DNA of 63,597 bases, counting the filler, from Octopus bimaculoides (lineage: Eukaryota), in the NCBI RefSeq assembly GCF_001194135.2. It is 8 parts of 8 records of this genome, joined end to end, with 100 filler letters (N's around TTAATTAATTAA, not from the genome) between each part and the next. Parts side by side here need not be neighbours in the genome. Positions count along the whole stretch, not along the records: positions 1 to 6,493 come from NC_069008.1; positions 6,594 to 16,846 come from NC_069007.1; 6 more parts are not named here. One strand, given 5' to 3'. The notes under the pieces were generated by a model, which worked only from the letters and a program-made list of their open reading frames with translations, searched no databases and was not told where the DNA came from. This document shows positions 1-11,074 of the stretch, piece after piece. Within the stretch, counting starts at the first letter, position 1. The number at the start of each line of letters is the position of its first letter. The position numbers and the translations under genes are program-made.

Positions 1-228
1 GTGTTGGTCGTGGTGGTAGTGGTGGTGTTGTTAGTAGTAGTGGTAGTAGTAGAGGTGGTAGTGGTGGTTGTAATGGTAGTGGTAGTGTTGGTGGTGTTGG
101 TCGTGGTAGTGGCGGTGTTGTTAGTAGTAGTGGTAGTAGTAGAGGTGGTAGTGGTGGTTGTAATGGCAGTGGTAGTGTTGGCAGTCGTACTGTTGTCATT
201 ATTGATAGAGGAGGTGTTGGTAATGACT
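1..228. repeat. (GTG/GTA)n trinucleotide low-complexity tract
   Basis: Degenerate gtg/gta triplets; ORF 1..252 is simply poly-Val. Confidence 0.95.
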
Positions 229-229
229 G

Positions 230-415
230 TAGAATCTGGCTACTATTTCTAGCAGTTTTGGATACCATATAGAAGTCTCCCTCCTTGGCTCGTACATACA
301 TATATACACATATAAGACAGAACGGTGTAACTTTTGGGAGATTTGGTCGCTATTTCTACCAAGTCTAGCTACCATGTAGAGGTCTCCCTCATTGGCTCAT
401 GCATACGTACATACA
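230..415 (+). mobile_element. Two tandem 3' fragments of interspersed repeat family E (probable SINE)
   Basis: The motif (g)atttggctgctatttctagc...ccatgtagaggtctccctc..tggctc occurs twice here and recurs at ~1555, ~1665, ~9300(-), ~22680, ~30640(-) and ~33490. Confidence 0.55.
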
Positions 416-461
416 TATCGTTGCTATTATGTTAAACTGACGTATGTCCAAATTTGGCCAA

Positions 462-572
462 ATGCGTTTCCTTCAATATTTGATTTTGCTTGCAATAGCT
501 GGTTCTTTTGGTCAGACTGTCGTATCTCCAGCTGCTTCAGATGCCAAGATATCAAAAATTGTCAATGTGTAG
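462..572 (+). CDS. 36-aa small ORF with signal-peptide-like N-terminus (MRFLQYLILLAIAGSFG/QTVVSPAASDAKISKIVNV*)
   Basis: Manual translation ATG462-TAG572 in non-repetitive sequence; basic n-region, hydrophobic h-region and small-residue c-region. No homology is known to me. Confidence 0.25.
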   Translation: MRFLQYLILLAIAGSFGQTVVSPAASDAKISKIVNV

Positions 573-611
573 TACAACGGTTTACAAAGTGTAGTACAAC
601 CCTGCTGTACT

Positions 612-772
612 GAAAGAGTACAGCAGGGTTCACCATCACCTCCTGCCGAAGCCTCGTGGCGCTTTAGGTGTTTTCGCTCAATAAACACTCACAACGCCGG
701 GTCTGAGAATCGAAACCGCGATCCTTCGACCGCGAGTCCGCTGCCCTAACCTCTGGGCCATTGTACCTCCAC
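612..772 (-). mobile_element. tRNA-derived SINE family D (tRNA-Arg-like head), 3'-truncated
   Basis: Reverse complement reads gtggagg..caatggcccagaggttagggcagcggactcgcggtcgaaggatcgcggtttcgattctcagacc (A/B boxes); same family at 12759 and 63481. Confidence 0.85.
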
Positions 773-1041
773 ATTAAATTAACACATAGCATCTTCATTA
801 ACTCCGCCACTGAATTTTAGACGTTTATATTACCCACGCGGTATTCTATATTTTTCCGCTAGAGTGTAGTTTGGTCTGAAGGGGGTGGCACAAACCTAGC
901 AATATGTGTTTTATAGTGAAAACAAAATTTCCATTCAAATGGCAATTATCGGACGAGTGTTCGAGTCTGACCGTTTTAAGTCGTAGAAGAAACGTGACCT
1001 ATGGCGCAAATAGACATACGGATATTATAAAAGTTATTGTA

Positions 1042-1331
1042 CAGGGTGTTGGAAAGGTCTCTCCGCACTAAGTATTTTAGTGCAAAATAAATATTTATAA
1101 GTTGGTATAAGACTACAAACGAATATGTTAGACTTTACAGAACTTTAAAAAAAAACTTTATAAGAGGAGTTGAAAGTGTCGTCCTTCATTTTCATTTTCA
1201 ATACGTAAGTTGACTCTTGAAACACATCTTGGAGAGTCTGACTGTTGGAGAGTCTGACTGTTGGAGAGTCTGATTGTTGGAGAGTCAGGATGAAAGAAAA
1301 TTCACTGCGGAGAGACTTTTTGAACACCCTG
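1042..1331. mobile_element. Tc1/mariner-type MITE, 290 bp
   Basis: 26-bp TIRs CAGGGTGTTGGAAAGGTCTCTCCGCA / TGCGGAGAGACTTTTTGAACACCCTG (23/26 match), with TA immediately outside both ends. Confidence 0.85.
1229..1286. repeat. 16-bp tandem repeat (TTGGAGAGTCTGACTG) x~3.6 inside the MITE
   Basis: Copies start at 1229, 1245, 1261 and 1277. Confidence 0.95.
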
Positions 1332-1539
1332 TATTTTGTACATACGAGTATATCGGCCTGCGGGCGCAATAGAATGTGCTCGATGGTGGTGGTGGTGGTG
1401 GTGGTCCCCATCCTTGATGTAGAGGTACATATATACGTACACAAGTCAGAAGAGTGTGATTTGAGGGTGTTGCAGCTGTTATTTCTAACAGGACTTGTTA
1501 CGATTTAGAGGTTTCCCAGGTTATATATATTCATCAGAC

Positions 1540-1715
1540 TGCTGGGTGAAGATTGAGGGAAATTTGGCTGCTACTTCTAGCGGGACTAGCTACAATGGGG
1601 AAATGGCTCTCGATGGTCACCAAAGAAATGCATACATAAAACAGTTGGGTGTAACTTCAGAAAGATTTGGCTGCTATTTCTACCAGATCTAGCTGCCGTG
1701 CAGAGATCACTCTTT
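1540..1715 (+). mobile_element. Two more family E 3' fragments
   Basis: gagggaaatttggctgctacttctagc and gaaagatttggctgctatttctacc match the motif at 230-415. Confidence 0.5.
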
Positions 1716-1734
1716 TGGCCCATTTATTCTAATA

Positions 1735-1890
1735 TTCTTTTCTACTCTTGGCACAAGGCCCGGAATTTTGAGGGAGGTGGGGGCGGTCGATTACATCGAC
1801 CCCAGTACGCAACTGGTACTTAATTTATCGACTCCGAAAGGATGAAAGGCAAAGTCGACCTCGGCGGAATTTGAACTCAGAACGCAAAGA
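1735..1890 (-). mobile_element. tRNA-derived SINE family B (central domain gaggtcgactttgcctttcatcc..gataaattaagtaccag, Meta-domain-like)
   Basis: B box gagttcaaattcc on the minus strand; many near-identical copies in the window. The Meta-domain resemblance is from memory. Confidence 0.8.
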
Positions 1891-1914
1891 CGTTCATAAT
1901 GGCGTCTGTGGCGG

Positions 1915-2755
1915 TTATGGTGGTGGTGGTGGTGGTTTTGATGATAATGATGAAGGAAACTATGATGATGACGATGATGATGTCGATGATAATGATGACG
2001 ATGATGCTGGCGTTGTTGTTGATGATGACAATGATGATGATGGTTATGATGATGATGATGATGATGATGATAAGAATGATGGTGATGATGATGACGATGC
2101 TGATGATGATTATGATCATGGTTATGAGGATGACAATGGTGATGATAATCGTGATGGTGGTAATGATGATGATGACAATGATGGTGATGATGATGATGGT
2201 GATGATGATAGTGGTGGTGGTGGTGGTGGTGATGAAGATTATGAGGATGATGGTGATGATGAAGACGATGATGATAATTGTGATGGTGGTAATGATGATG
2301 ATGACGATGATGATAGTGATGATAATGTTGATGTCGATGATAGTGATGATAATGTTGATGTCGATGATAGTATCTTTGATGATGGCGATGATGATGATAG
2401 TGATGATGATGATGATGATGATGATAGTGGTGGCCGTGGTGGTGAGGATGATAATAAGGATGACAGTGATGATAATGATGATGATGATCATCATGATGGT
2501 GATGATAATCGTGATAGTGGTGATGATGACGATGATGGTGGCGTTGAGGATAATAATGATGTCGATTATGGTGAAATCGGCCGCCATTTTTGGTGGTTAT
2601 CTTATCGTTTTATCCTATTAGTGATTGCGGCATGAGTACGAATGGCGGCGGAGGCGGTGGTGGAGGTGACGGTCGTGGAGGTGTTAGTGGTGATGGTGGT
2701 GGTAATGGTTGTGGTAGTAGCGGTGGTGTGGTGGTGCTAAACAACGGTGGTTACA
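1915..2755. repeat. (GAT)n/(GGT)n low-complexity array
   Basis: Open in several frames as poly-D, poly-M and poly-I, which is typical of a microsatellite rather than a gene. Confidence 0.95.
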
Positions 2756-3250
2756 TACCATGCTCCCCTTCGGTAATTTCAGTATACGCTTGCACCCCCC
2801 TTCTACCCTGCTCCTCACCACGCCACCACCCTGTTTCCACCCCTGTCCCACCCCGCCCCCTCCGCTCCATACTCACACTTCACCCACACCCACGACCCCA
2901 CTTCCATCCAATTTTCTTAATTCCAGTACACAGTTCGTAACTAAACACCGTATACTGCTAATTTCGTGCCTCCCCGCCTCGCTATTTATTATTCCCCCCG
3001 TTGTATTTAGGGTTGNNNNNNNNNNNNNNNNNNNNNNNNNNNNNNNNNNNNNNNNNNNNNNNNNNNNNNNNNNNNNNNNNNNNNNNNNNNNNNNNNNNNN
3101 NNNNATATGTCTATATATATATATAATGATATATATACAGACATATATATAATGATATATGTCTATATATATATATAATGATATATATACAGACATATAT
3201 ATAATGATATATGTCTATACATATATATCATGAGGTACACACATATACTA

Positions 3251-3437
3251 CGGCACTCCGTCGGTTACGACGACGAGGGTTCCATTTGATCCGATCAACG
3301 GAACAACTCTGCTCGTGAAATGAACGTGCAAGTGGCTGAGCACTCCACAGACACGTGTACCCTTAACGTAGTTCTCGGGGAGATTCAGCGTGATACAGAG
3401 TGTGACAAGGCTGGTCCCTTCGAAATACAGGTACAAC
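3251..3437 (-). mobile_element. SINE family G, 5'-truncated copy
   Basis: Reverse complement matches 63160-63349 (…gtctgtggagtgctcagccacttgcacgttcatttcacgagc…gttccgttgatcggatca…gtaaccgacggagtgcc). Confidence 0.85.
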
Positions 3438-3769
3438 AGAAACAGGAAGAAAGAGCGAGTTTAGTCACTGAATCATTGACTAAAATATATTTTACGTATT
3501 GAAAGTAATCAAACCTTTATAAGATTTGGCGAGTGATAAAAATAATTTTCTTATTTTCCTATTATTTTGACATTTTTCTTTACATCCTCATATTCTCATT
3601 GGCAGCTTTCATCATGTACATTTTTCAAAAATAACTCTGTTGGTAAACATCAAATATTCATTAATACAAACCACTGTCTTGTAGTTATCACGAAGTTTAG
3701 TAAAACACCTTCTTTATTGACGACACGGGAACCCTAGTATATACATTGTTAGTATCTACATTATTACAT

Positions 3770-4208
3770 AAAGGATGACAGGCAGAGTCGACCTTGACGG
3801 AATTTGAACTCAGAACGTAAAGACGGATGAAATTGCACTAAGGATTTTGTCCGGCATACTAACTACTCTATTAGCTCACCGCCTTAATAGCAATAACATC
3901 ATTTTCCAAATTTGGCCCAAGGCAATTCCACGTGCAGGGAGGGGTAGGTCAGTCGATTGCATCTACCCCAGTATTTCACTGGTACTTAATTTATCGACCT
4001 CGAAAGGAGGAAAAGCATAGTTGGTCTCGGAGGTGGGGATGGGTCGATACAATCGAACCAAGAGTTCACCTGGTACTTAATTTATCGATTCCGAAAGGAT
4101 GAAAGGTAAAGCCAACCTCGGCGGAATTTGAACTCAGAACATAGTGACGGGTGAAATACCACTAAGCATTTCGCCCAGCGTGCTAACGATACTGCCAGCT
4201 CGCCGCCT
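3770..4208 (-). mobile_element. Cluster of three partial SINE B copies in the same orientation
   Basis: The blocks actggtacttaatttatcga..cgaaagga and ggaatttgaactcagaac repeat; heads end at ~3883 and ~4207. Confidence 0.8.
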
Positions 4209-4546
4209 TGATGATGATGATAATAATAATAATAATAATAATGATGGTGATGATTGTTCTTAATTGTCTCAAATGCAACGGAAGGGTGGAATTATACAAG
4301 GCTCAACGCAAAAGTAGGGCGGGGTTTAACTATTCCAAAGAACTAACTAGCTATATACTTATCTACCTAACTGCCATGATATCTATCTATTTCTTTAGTA
4401 TGAAGATTTCTATAGACACACACACACACAGGCACATACATATATACATACATACAAACGTGTATGTATGTATACAGAAATACATAGGCAAAACTTTGTT
4501 CCTCTCGCTTTCTCTCTCTGCATCCATCCAACCATACATATACACA

Positions 4547-4612
<66 letters not shown>

Positions 4613-5099
4613 TCATGTAGGTGCTCATACGTTTATGTATGTGTATACAAATGCTCACACGTACATATTTCTCTCTCTCTCTCCCTCTCTCTATCTATCT
4701 ATCTATCCACACACACGCACACAAGCACACACAAGCATATATATATATATATTCATACACGCACACAAATGCACACGCACGCACACACACACACGCACAC
4801 ACGAATTCGCGTCGCGTTTAGCAATACGTACAGGTAGCTGCATCTGTATTTTGTGCATAGGTGCACAAAACATTAACACGGTTTCATTGAGGCTGCAAAA
4901 CCATTTAGATAACTCGAGATAGCGATAACTCGGAGATGGATAAGAAATAAATTAGCTGATGAGCGCAAAGCCGTGAAAACACGACCGAAGGGGGATCGTT
5001 CGGCTGTGTTTATTTCTGTTGTGGTAACCTGAGGGTAGGGATTTTTTGCACACAGCGTTTTAGGTGTTCCGTGATAGAATATTGAGTCATAAATAACAA

Positions 5100-5487
5100 C
5101 GATGAGGTGGTAGGAGCGGTGATGCTGACGACGGTGGTGGCGATGATGATGATGATGATGGTAGTGGTGGTGATGATGGTGATTATGATGATGTAGTTGA
5201 TGATGGTGGTAAGGACGATGATGATGATAATGATGATGATGATGATGTGGTAGCAATGATGCTGTTGCTGATCATGATGACCAAGGTGGTGGTGATGATG
5301 ATGATCATAATCATGATGGTGGTTGTGGTAACTTTGATGATGGTGGTGATGATGATGATGATGATGGTGATGGTGATGATGATGATGACGATGGTGATGA
5401 TGGTGATGATGACGATGATGACGATGCGGCGTTGGGGCATCTGTTAATTGGTGATAAGAATGGTGGTGATGATGATGATGATGCTCA

Positions 5488-5490
<3 letters not shown>
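5100..5490. repeat. (GAT)n/(GGT)n microsatellite array
   Basis: Direct inspection; source of the poly-H, poly-I and poly-M ORFs. Confidence 0.95.
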
Positions 5491-5524
<34 letters not shown>

Positions 5525-5974
5525 NNNNNNNNNNNNNNNNNNNNNNNNNNNNNNNNNNNNNNNNNNNNNNNNNNNNNNNNNNNNNNNNNNNNNNNNNNNN
5601 NNNNNNNNNNNNNNNNNNNNNNNNNNNNNNNNNNNNNNNNNNNNNNNNNNNNNNNNNNNNNNNNNNNNNNNNNNNNNNNNNNNNNNNNNNNNNNNNNNNN
5701 NNNNNNNNNNNNNNNNNNNNNNNNNNNNNNNNNNNNNNNNNNNNNNNNNNNNNNNNNNNNNNNNNNNNNNNNNNNNNNNNNNNNNNNNNNNNNNNNNNNN
5801 NNNNNNNNTGTATATATTTAGAATAGTTAAATAAATGATAAACGGTAACTGATGACACGGATGAAAGTGATGACAACGACGACGATGATGACGATAAATA
5901 TTATTATCGATATCGATAATTATAAAGTTATATAAGGATGTTATGCATTACTATCAGTGGCAGTAGAAGAAATA

Positions 5975-6006
<32 letters not shown>

Positions 6007-6071
6007 GATCGGCTCTTTATTTGCTATCAGGGGGACAGACGAATGGAGCATAAGTGCAATATTAATTTCTC

Positions 6072-6127
<56 letters not shown>

Positions 6128-6439
6128 GTACGTATGTACTCGCGCGCGCCTACATATATACACATGTGGTAGTATCTATCTATCTATCTATCTAGATAGA
6201 TAGATAGAGACAGATAGATAGATACACAGGTAGATAGATAGATAGATAGACCATTAATTATCATCACCATGATCGTCACTATCAACGTCATCATCATCAT
6301 CATCCTCATCGTAGTGATGCCATCACCCCACCACCGCCACCACTAAAGCTACTAACACAAGACGCCGACGACCACGACCACCACAATTATCACAATCACC
6401 ATCCCCTTCACTACCACCACCACCACCATCACCACCACC

Positions 6440-6472
<33 letters not shown>

Positions 6473-6537
6473 GTCATCATCGTCATCATCACGNNNNNNN
6501 NNNNNNNNNNNNNNNNNNNNNNNNNNNNNNNNNNNNN

Positions 6538-6549
6538 TTAATTAATTAA
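6538..6549. other. Artificial assembly linker TTAATTAATTAA in 44N-12-44N gap (also 16891, 42549, 52634, 56291, 58814, 62488)
   Basis: An identical 12-mer with stops in all six frames, centred in a 100-bp gap, occurs seven times. Confidence 0.95.
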
Positions 6550-6814
6550 NNNNNNNNNNNNNNNNNNNNNNNNNNNNNNNNNNNNNNNNNNNNGTGGTTA
6601 GAGCTGGTTGGAGTTATTGTGATGGTAATGGTTGGTGTGGTGGTGGTGGTGATGGTTGTGGTACTCAAGGTGGTGATGGTAATGGAGGTGGTGGTGATAA
6701 TAAGTTCTGTAATAATTGTCTTGAGTTATTTGGAGGAAGAGTGGTAGTTGTGTGGTGGTTGTGTCTAGTGTGATTATTGTGATATGATGGTAGTGTGTGT
6801 ATTCTATAACCATT

Positions 6815-7370
6815 TATTTCTCTATTCTTCCAAGCCATTCTTCTTTAATACCTCTGTTCTTCCACGTCTCTATTCCTCCATGCCTCTATTCTTCCATGTC
6901 TCTGTTCTTCCATATCTCTATTCTTCCATGTTTTTGTTCTTCTATGCCCCTATTCTTCCATGCCTCTGTTGTTCCATACCTCTATTACTCCATGTCTCTA
7001 TTCTTCCATGTCCCTATTCCTTAATGCCACTTGTCTTCAATACCTCTATTCTCCCATGCTCCTATTCTTCCATGTCTCTATTCTTCCAGCTTTCTATTCT
7101 TTCAGCCTCTGTTCTTCCATGCCCCTATTCTTCCATGCTCATGTTCTTTCATGTTTCTGTTCTTCCATGTCTCTATTCTTCCATGCCCCTATTCTTCCAT
7201 GCCTCTGTTCTTCCACGCCTCTATTACTCCATGTCTTTATTCCTTCATGTCACCTGTCTTCAATACCTCTATTCTTCTATGCCCCTATTCTTCCATGTCT
7301 CTGTTCTTCCATGTTCCTGTTCTTCAATACGTCTATTCTCCTATGTGTCTATTCTTCCATGCCTCTATCA
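6815..7370. repeat. Diverged 16-bp minisatellite (TCTTCCATGCCTCTAT) x~35
   Basis: 16-nt periodicity is visible throughout and explains overlapping ORFs 6784..7377, 6960..7391 and 7031..7669. Confidence 0.95.
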
Positions 7371-7694
7371 CTCATGATTTTCATGCTGTAAGGAGGCAGT
7401 TGAGTAAGCAGAGGGATTTGTATAGTCACGACAAGGATATGGCTACCTCTCCAGAGTGCACTGGGTGCTTGTTTGTACCATCAGCACTGGAGAGGGGCTG
7501 GTGTTATGTCTTCCACAAGACTAAAGGGTCCTCACAACCTCTCACATTACAGAGGGTACTGCATGTGTTGTTGTTTTTTTTTTGTGGCACCAACACTAGA
7601 GAGGTTGCCATATCTTTGTCACGACTAAACAGATCCCTCTGCTTGCTCAACCACCTCCTTACAGCATGAGAATTATGAATGATAGAGAGGTATG
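7358..7694. mobile_element. Foldback/MITE-like element with ~100-bp inverted arms
   Basis: 7358-7458 is the reverse complement of 7594-7694 (about 85% identity in the core); no clear TSD. Confidence 0.7.
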
Positions 7695-8142
7695 TCTTCC
7701 TGGGTTTCCCTCTTTCGCAAGTTCTAACAACAGACACACACACATTGTGAATGTGTGTCTCACTCCTTATATGTATATGAGGGAATTTAGTATCTATTTC
7801 TGACAGGTTGAAAAACCCTGTAGAGTCACACAGTTTGATGACATTGATGGAGGTAGATGTGGTGGTGGTGATGGGCATTGATAGTGCTGCAGCAGACATA
7901 GGACCTTGCAGAGCTCTGTGGTTAGTTTGTTCTTGTCAGACTATATAACCCATGCCAGAATGGAACAGGGGACGTTAAATGATGATGACGATGATGCCGA
8001 TGTCTGTGTATATATTTAAATATATTTATATTTACATACATGCGCACACATATTTGTGTGTGTGAGTGCATGTATGAATACATGTGTTATAATTCTGTGT
8101 GTGTATGCTATATATGTGTGTATGTAGGCTATATATATGTAC

Positions 8143-8727
8143 GTCACCTTACTTACCAGCGTCGCCTTACTGGCACTTGTGCCGGCGGCATGTGAAAAAA
8201 CATTCGAGCAAGGTCGTTGCCAGTGCCACTGGACTGGCTCCTGTGCAGGTGGCATGTAAAAAACACCACTTGAGCGTGGCTGTTGCCAGTACTGCTTGAC
8301 TGGCCCTCATGCCGGTGGCATGTAAAAGCACTCACTACACTCATGAAGTGGTTGGCATTAGGAAGGGCATCCAGCTGTAGAAACTCTGCCAGAAAGGTGA
8401 CGAGTTGGCAGAAATGTTAGCATGCCGGGAAAAATGCTTAACAGTATTTCATCTGCCGTTCGTTCTGAGTTCTAATTCTGCCGAGGTCGACTTTGCCTTT
8501 CATCCTTTCAGGGTCGTAAATTAAGTATCAGTTGCACACTGGGGTCGATGTAATCGACTTAATCCCTTTGTCTGTCCTTGTTTGTCCCCTCTATGTTTAG
8601 CCCCTTGTGGGCAATAAAGAAATAAGAAACTCTGCCAGATCAGATTGGGGCCTGGTCCAGCCATCAGGTTTGCCAGTCCTCAGTCAAATTGTCCAACCCA
8701 TGACAGCATGGAAAGCAGACGTTAAAC

Positions 8728-8770
<43 letters not shown>
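8143..8770 (+). mobile_element. RTE LINE 3' UTR fragment (family C) ending in (GAT)n, interrupted by a SINE
   Basis: ggttggcattaggaagggcatccagctgtagaaac…catggaaagcagacgttaaacgatgatgat; the upstream part of this UTR follows the RTE ORF end at 42403. Confidence 0.85.
8394..8624 (+). mobile_element. SINE B variant with alternative 3' tail, inserted with a 15-bp TSD
   Basis: AGAAACTCTGCCAGA is duplicated at 8379-8393 and 8625-8639. Confidence 0.9.
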
Positions 8771-8989
8771 TGTGTGTGTATGTACAGTTGAGTTAATTAT
8801 ACAATATATGTGCATATAACTGTGTATATTTCAATCTGTTACCCCTACCCCTTCCCCATCACCACCATTGCCAGAAGCATCGTCTGCTTGCTCAGGGTCA
8901 GCCTAGGGCTAAGCAACAATAACCACTGCAACAACAGTAACAACACCATCAATAGCCACTAACACACTCACCACTCTCTTCTGCGACAT

Positions 8990-9295
8990 CAATGACCACC
9001 AATACCAGTCACACTCATCGCCATGACCACCATCACATCAGTACTGCCACTCCCATCACTGTAAACAGCAGCGGCAGCACACCCATTACCACCACCACTA
9101 CCACCACCCACCATCACCATCACCATCACTACCAACACGGCCTCCTCCAACACTACCACCACCACCACTACCACCACCACCACCACCACAATCTCATCCA
9201 TCACCACCACAACCACCATCACCACAACCACCACTACCACCAGGACTTCCTCTATCACCACCACCACGACCTCCTCCATCACCACCGCCGCTATC
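8990..9295. repeat. (CAC/CAT)n low-complexity tract
   Basis: Direct inspection; gives poly-His and poly-Val ORFs. Confidence 0.95.
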
Positions 9296-9737
9296 ACAGT
9301 TAGAAACAGCAGCCAAATCTCCCTCAAATTACATACTACTGCCTTAAAAACAGTAAAAAATATAGAACAATTTGAATGCATGTGTGTGTGTGTAGGTGTA
9401 TATATATATATGTATGTATATATGTGTATGCATATATACATATATATATACATATATATATGTATATATATATGTGTGTATATATATATACATATATATA
9501 TATATGTATATATAAGTATATATGTACATATATATATATATATATACACATACATACGTATATGCATCAATATATATACACCTACACACACACACTCACA
9601 CACACACCCACACACTCACACACACACATATAAACTAAATCGAGTGGTCAAGGTTTGAATCTTTGACCATAAGTCTATTTATACATCAGTGACAAGGGAG
9701 GGCTAAACAACAGCATTAATCATCACTACCATCACAT

Positions 9738-9768
<31 letters not shown>

Positions 9769-10479
9769 ACCACCACCACTACTACTATAAAAGGCCCTCA
9801 CAACCATCATCACATTCATTAACACCATTGCCAGAGTGACCACTATTACAACTAGTAACCACTATCTCTACTCCATTGTACAATGTTTTCACCACCACNN
9901 NNNNNNNNNNNNNNNNNNNNNNNNNNNNNNCACCACCACCACCATAAAAGGTCCCCAGCACCACCGCCACAACAATACCAACATCATGACCACAACAGCC
10001 TCCACAACCCCCACCAGTCACAACCATTAGCTCCCCCCCTCCATCTCCAGTACCATCGCCATCGCTGTCACCACTACTGCGATCAGAACCATTATCCCCT
10101 TCCCCCTTCTATCCCTCCCACTGCCCCACACCTGTACGTCATTCCACGTCACCCAGTTTATAGATGAAATGTCGAAGTGTCGCAGTAGAATTCTTTGGCT
10201 CCAGAAATCAATAAATGGCACAGATTTCAGTCGGAAAGTTTTTTTTTTTTTTCCACATGATGCTGTAGTGTCGTCAAAGCAATCAACCAATCAGGTGGTG
10301 CGTTGCTCTTCGAACAGGTGAGACAACAGATGTAGTACTAATAGGAAGAGCAGCAGCAGTAGCAGCAGCAGCATCAACAGACAGAACAACAGCAACAACT
10401 ACAACATTAACAACAATAAAAAGAACAAACAATGACAACAACAGTGACAACAACATCATTTCCTGGTCCCTTATAGCCC

Positions 10480-10720
10480 TTTATTTTTCATGTCTGCTTT
10501 TGCTAAGCTGGCATGGGTTAGACATGACTGACTGAGGCACTTTTCCTGCAGTTGGATGCTCTTTCTGTCATCAACCCTCCTTACTCGTTATCCAAGTAAG
10601 GGATCTCTTTTTCCTTGGCCTTCACACGTTGAAGCCACTGTGGTAGGGGACATACTGCAAATGGGGATGTAAGCATGCCATCAGTATCACCCAAATGGTA
10701 TCAAGGCAAAGAAGGGTTGT
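10480..10720 (-). mobile_element. Diverged element ending in an RTE-like tail
   Basis: Reverse complement contains gggttgatgacagaaagagcatccaactgcagg…ctaacccatgccagc, similar to the family C tail. Confidence 0.45.
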
Positions 10721-11028
10721 AAACACAAACGAATACAATGTGTGTGTATGTATGTGTGTGTGTGTGTGTATGTATATATGTGTGTGTGTATGTATATATG
10801 TGTGTGTGTGTGTATATATATATATGTATATATATATATAAAAACAAATAGTAAATGAGTATATGCATATATACGTACAGGTATGTGCATACCGACATCC
10901 ACCTGTATGTATAGGTGCATATCTGGGTACAAGACATTGCAAACAAAACGTAGACAAGAAAACACACAAGCCACATAGAGAACATTCTCCTTCATCAGCT
11001 ACCCCCGTTTTAACACCAGCGTTTCGAA

Positions 11029-11060
<32 letters not shown>

Positions 11061-11074
11061 ACGTATCTTTTATT

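Noticed and set aside
1871-2635. 254-aa Asp-rich ORF (biomineralisation-like acidic protein?)
   Set aside because: It starts inside a SINE B fragment, the region is open in several frames on both strands, and it is simply a (GAT)n array.
6173-6215. (TATC)n/(GATA)n palindrome
   Set aside because: An inverted junction of simple repeats; real but uninformative without further evidence.
6538-6549. TTAATTAATTAA as a biological motif (PacI or homeobox site)
   Set aside because: Always centred in a 44N-12-44N gap, so it is an assembly linker.
6784-7669. Overlapping Ser/Leu/Pro/Phe-rich ORFs
   Set aside because: Product of a stop-poor 16-bp minisatellite that is open in all three frames.
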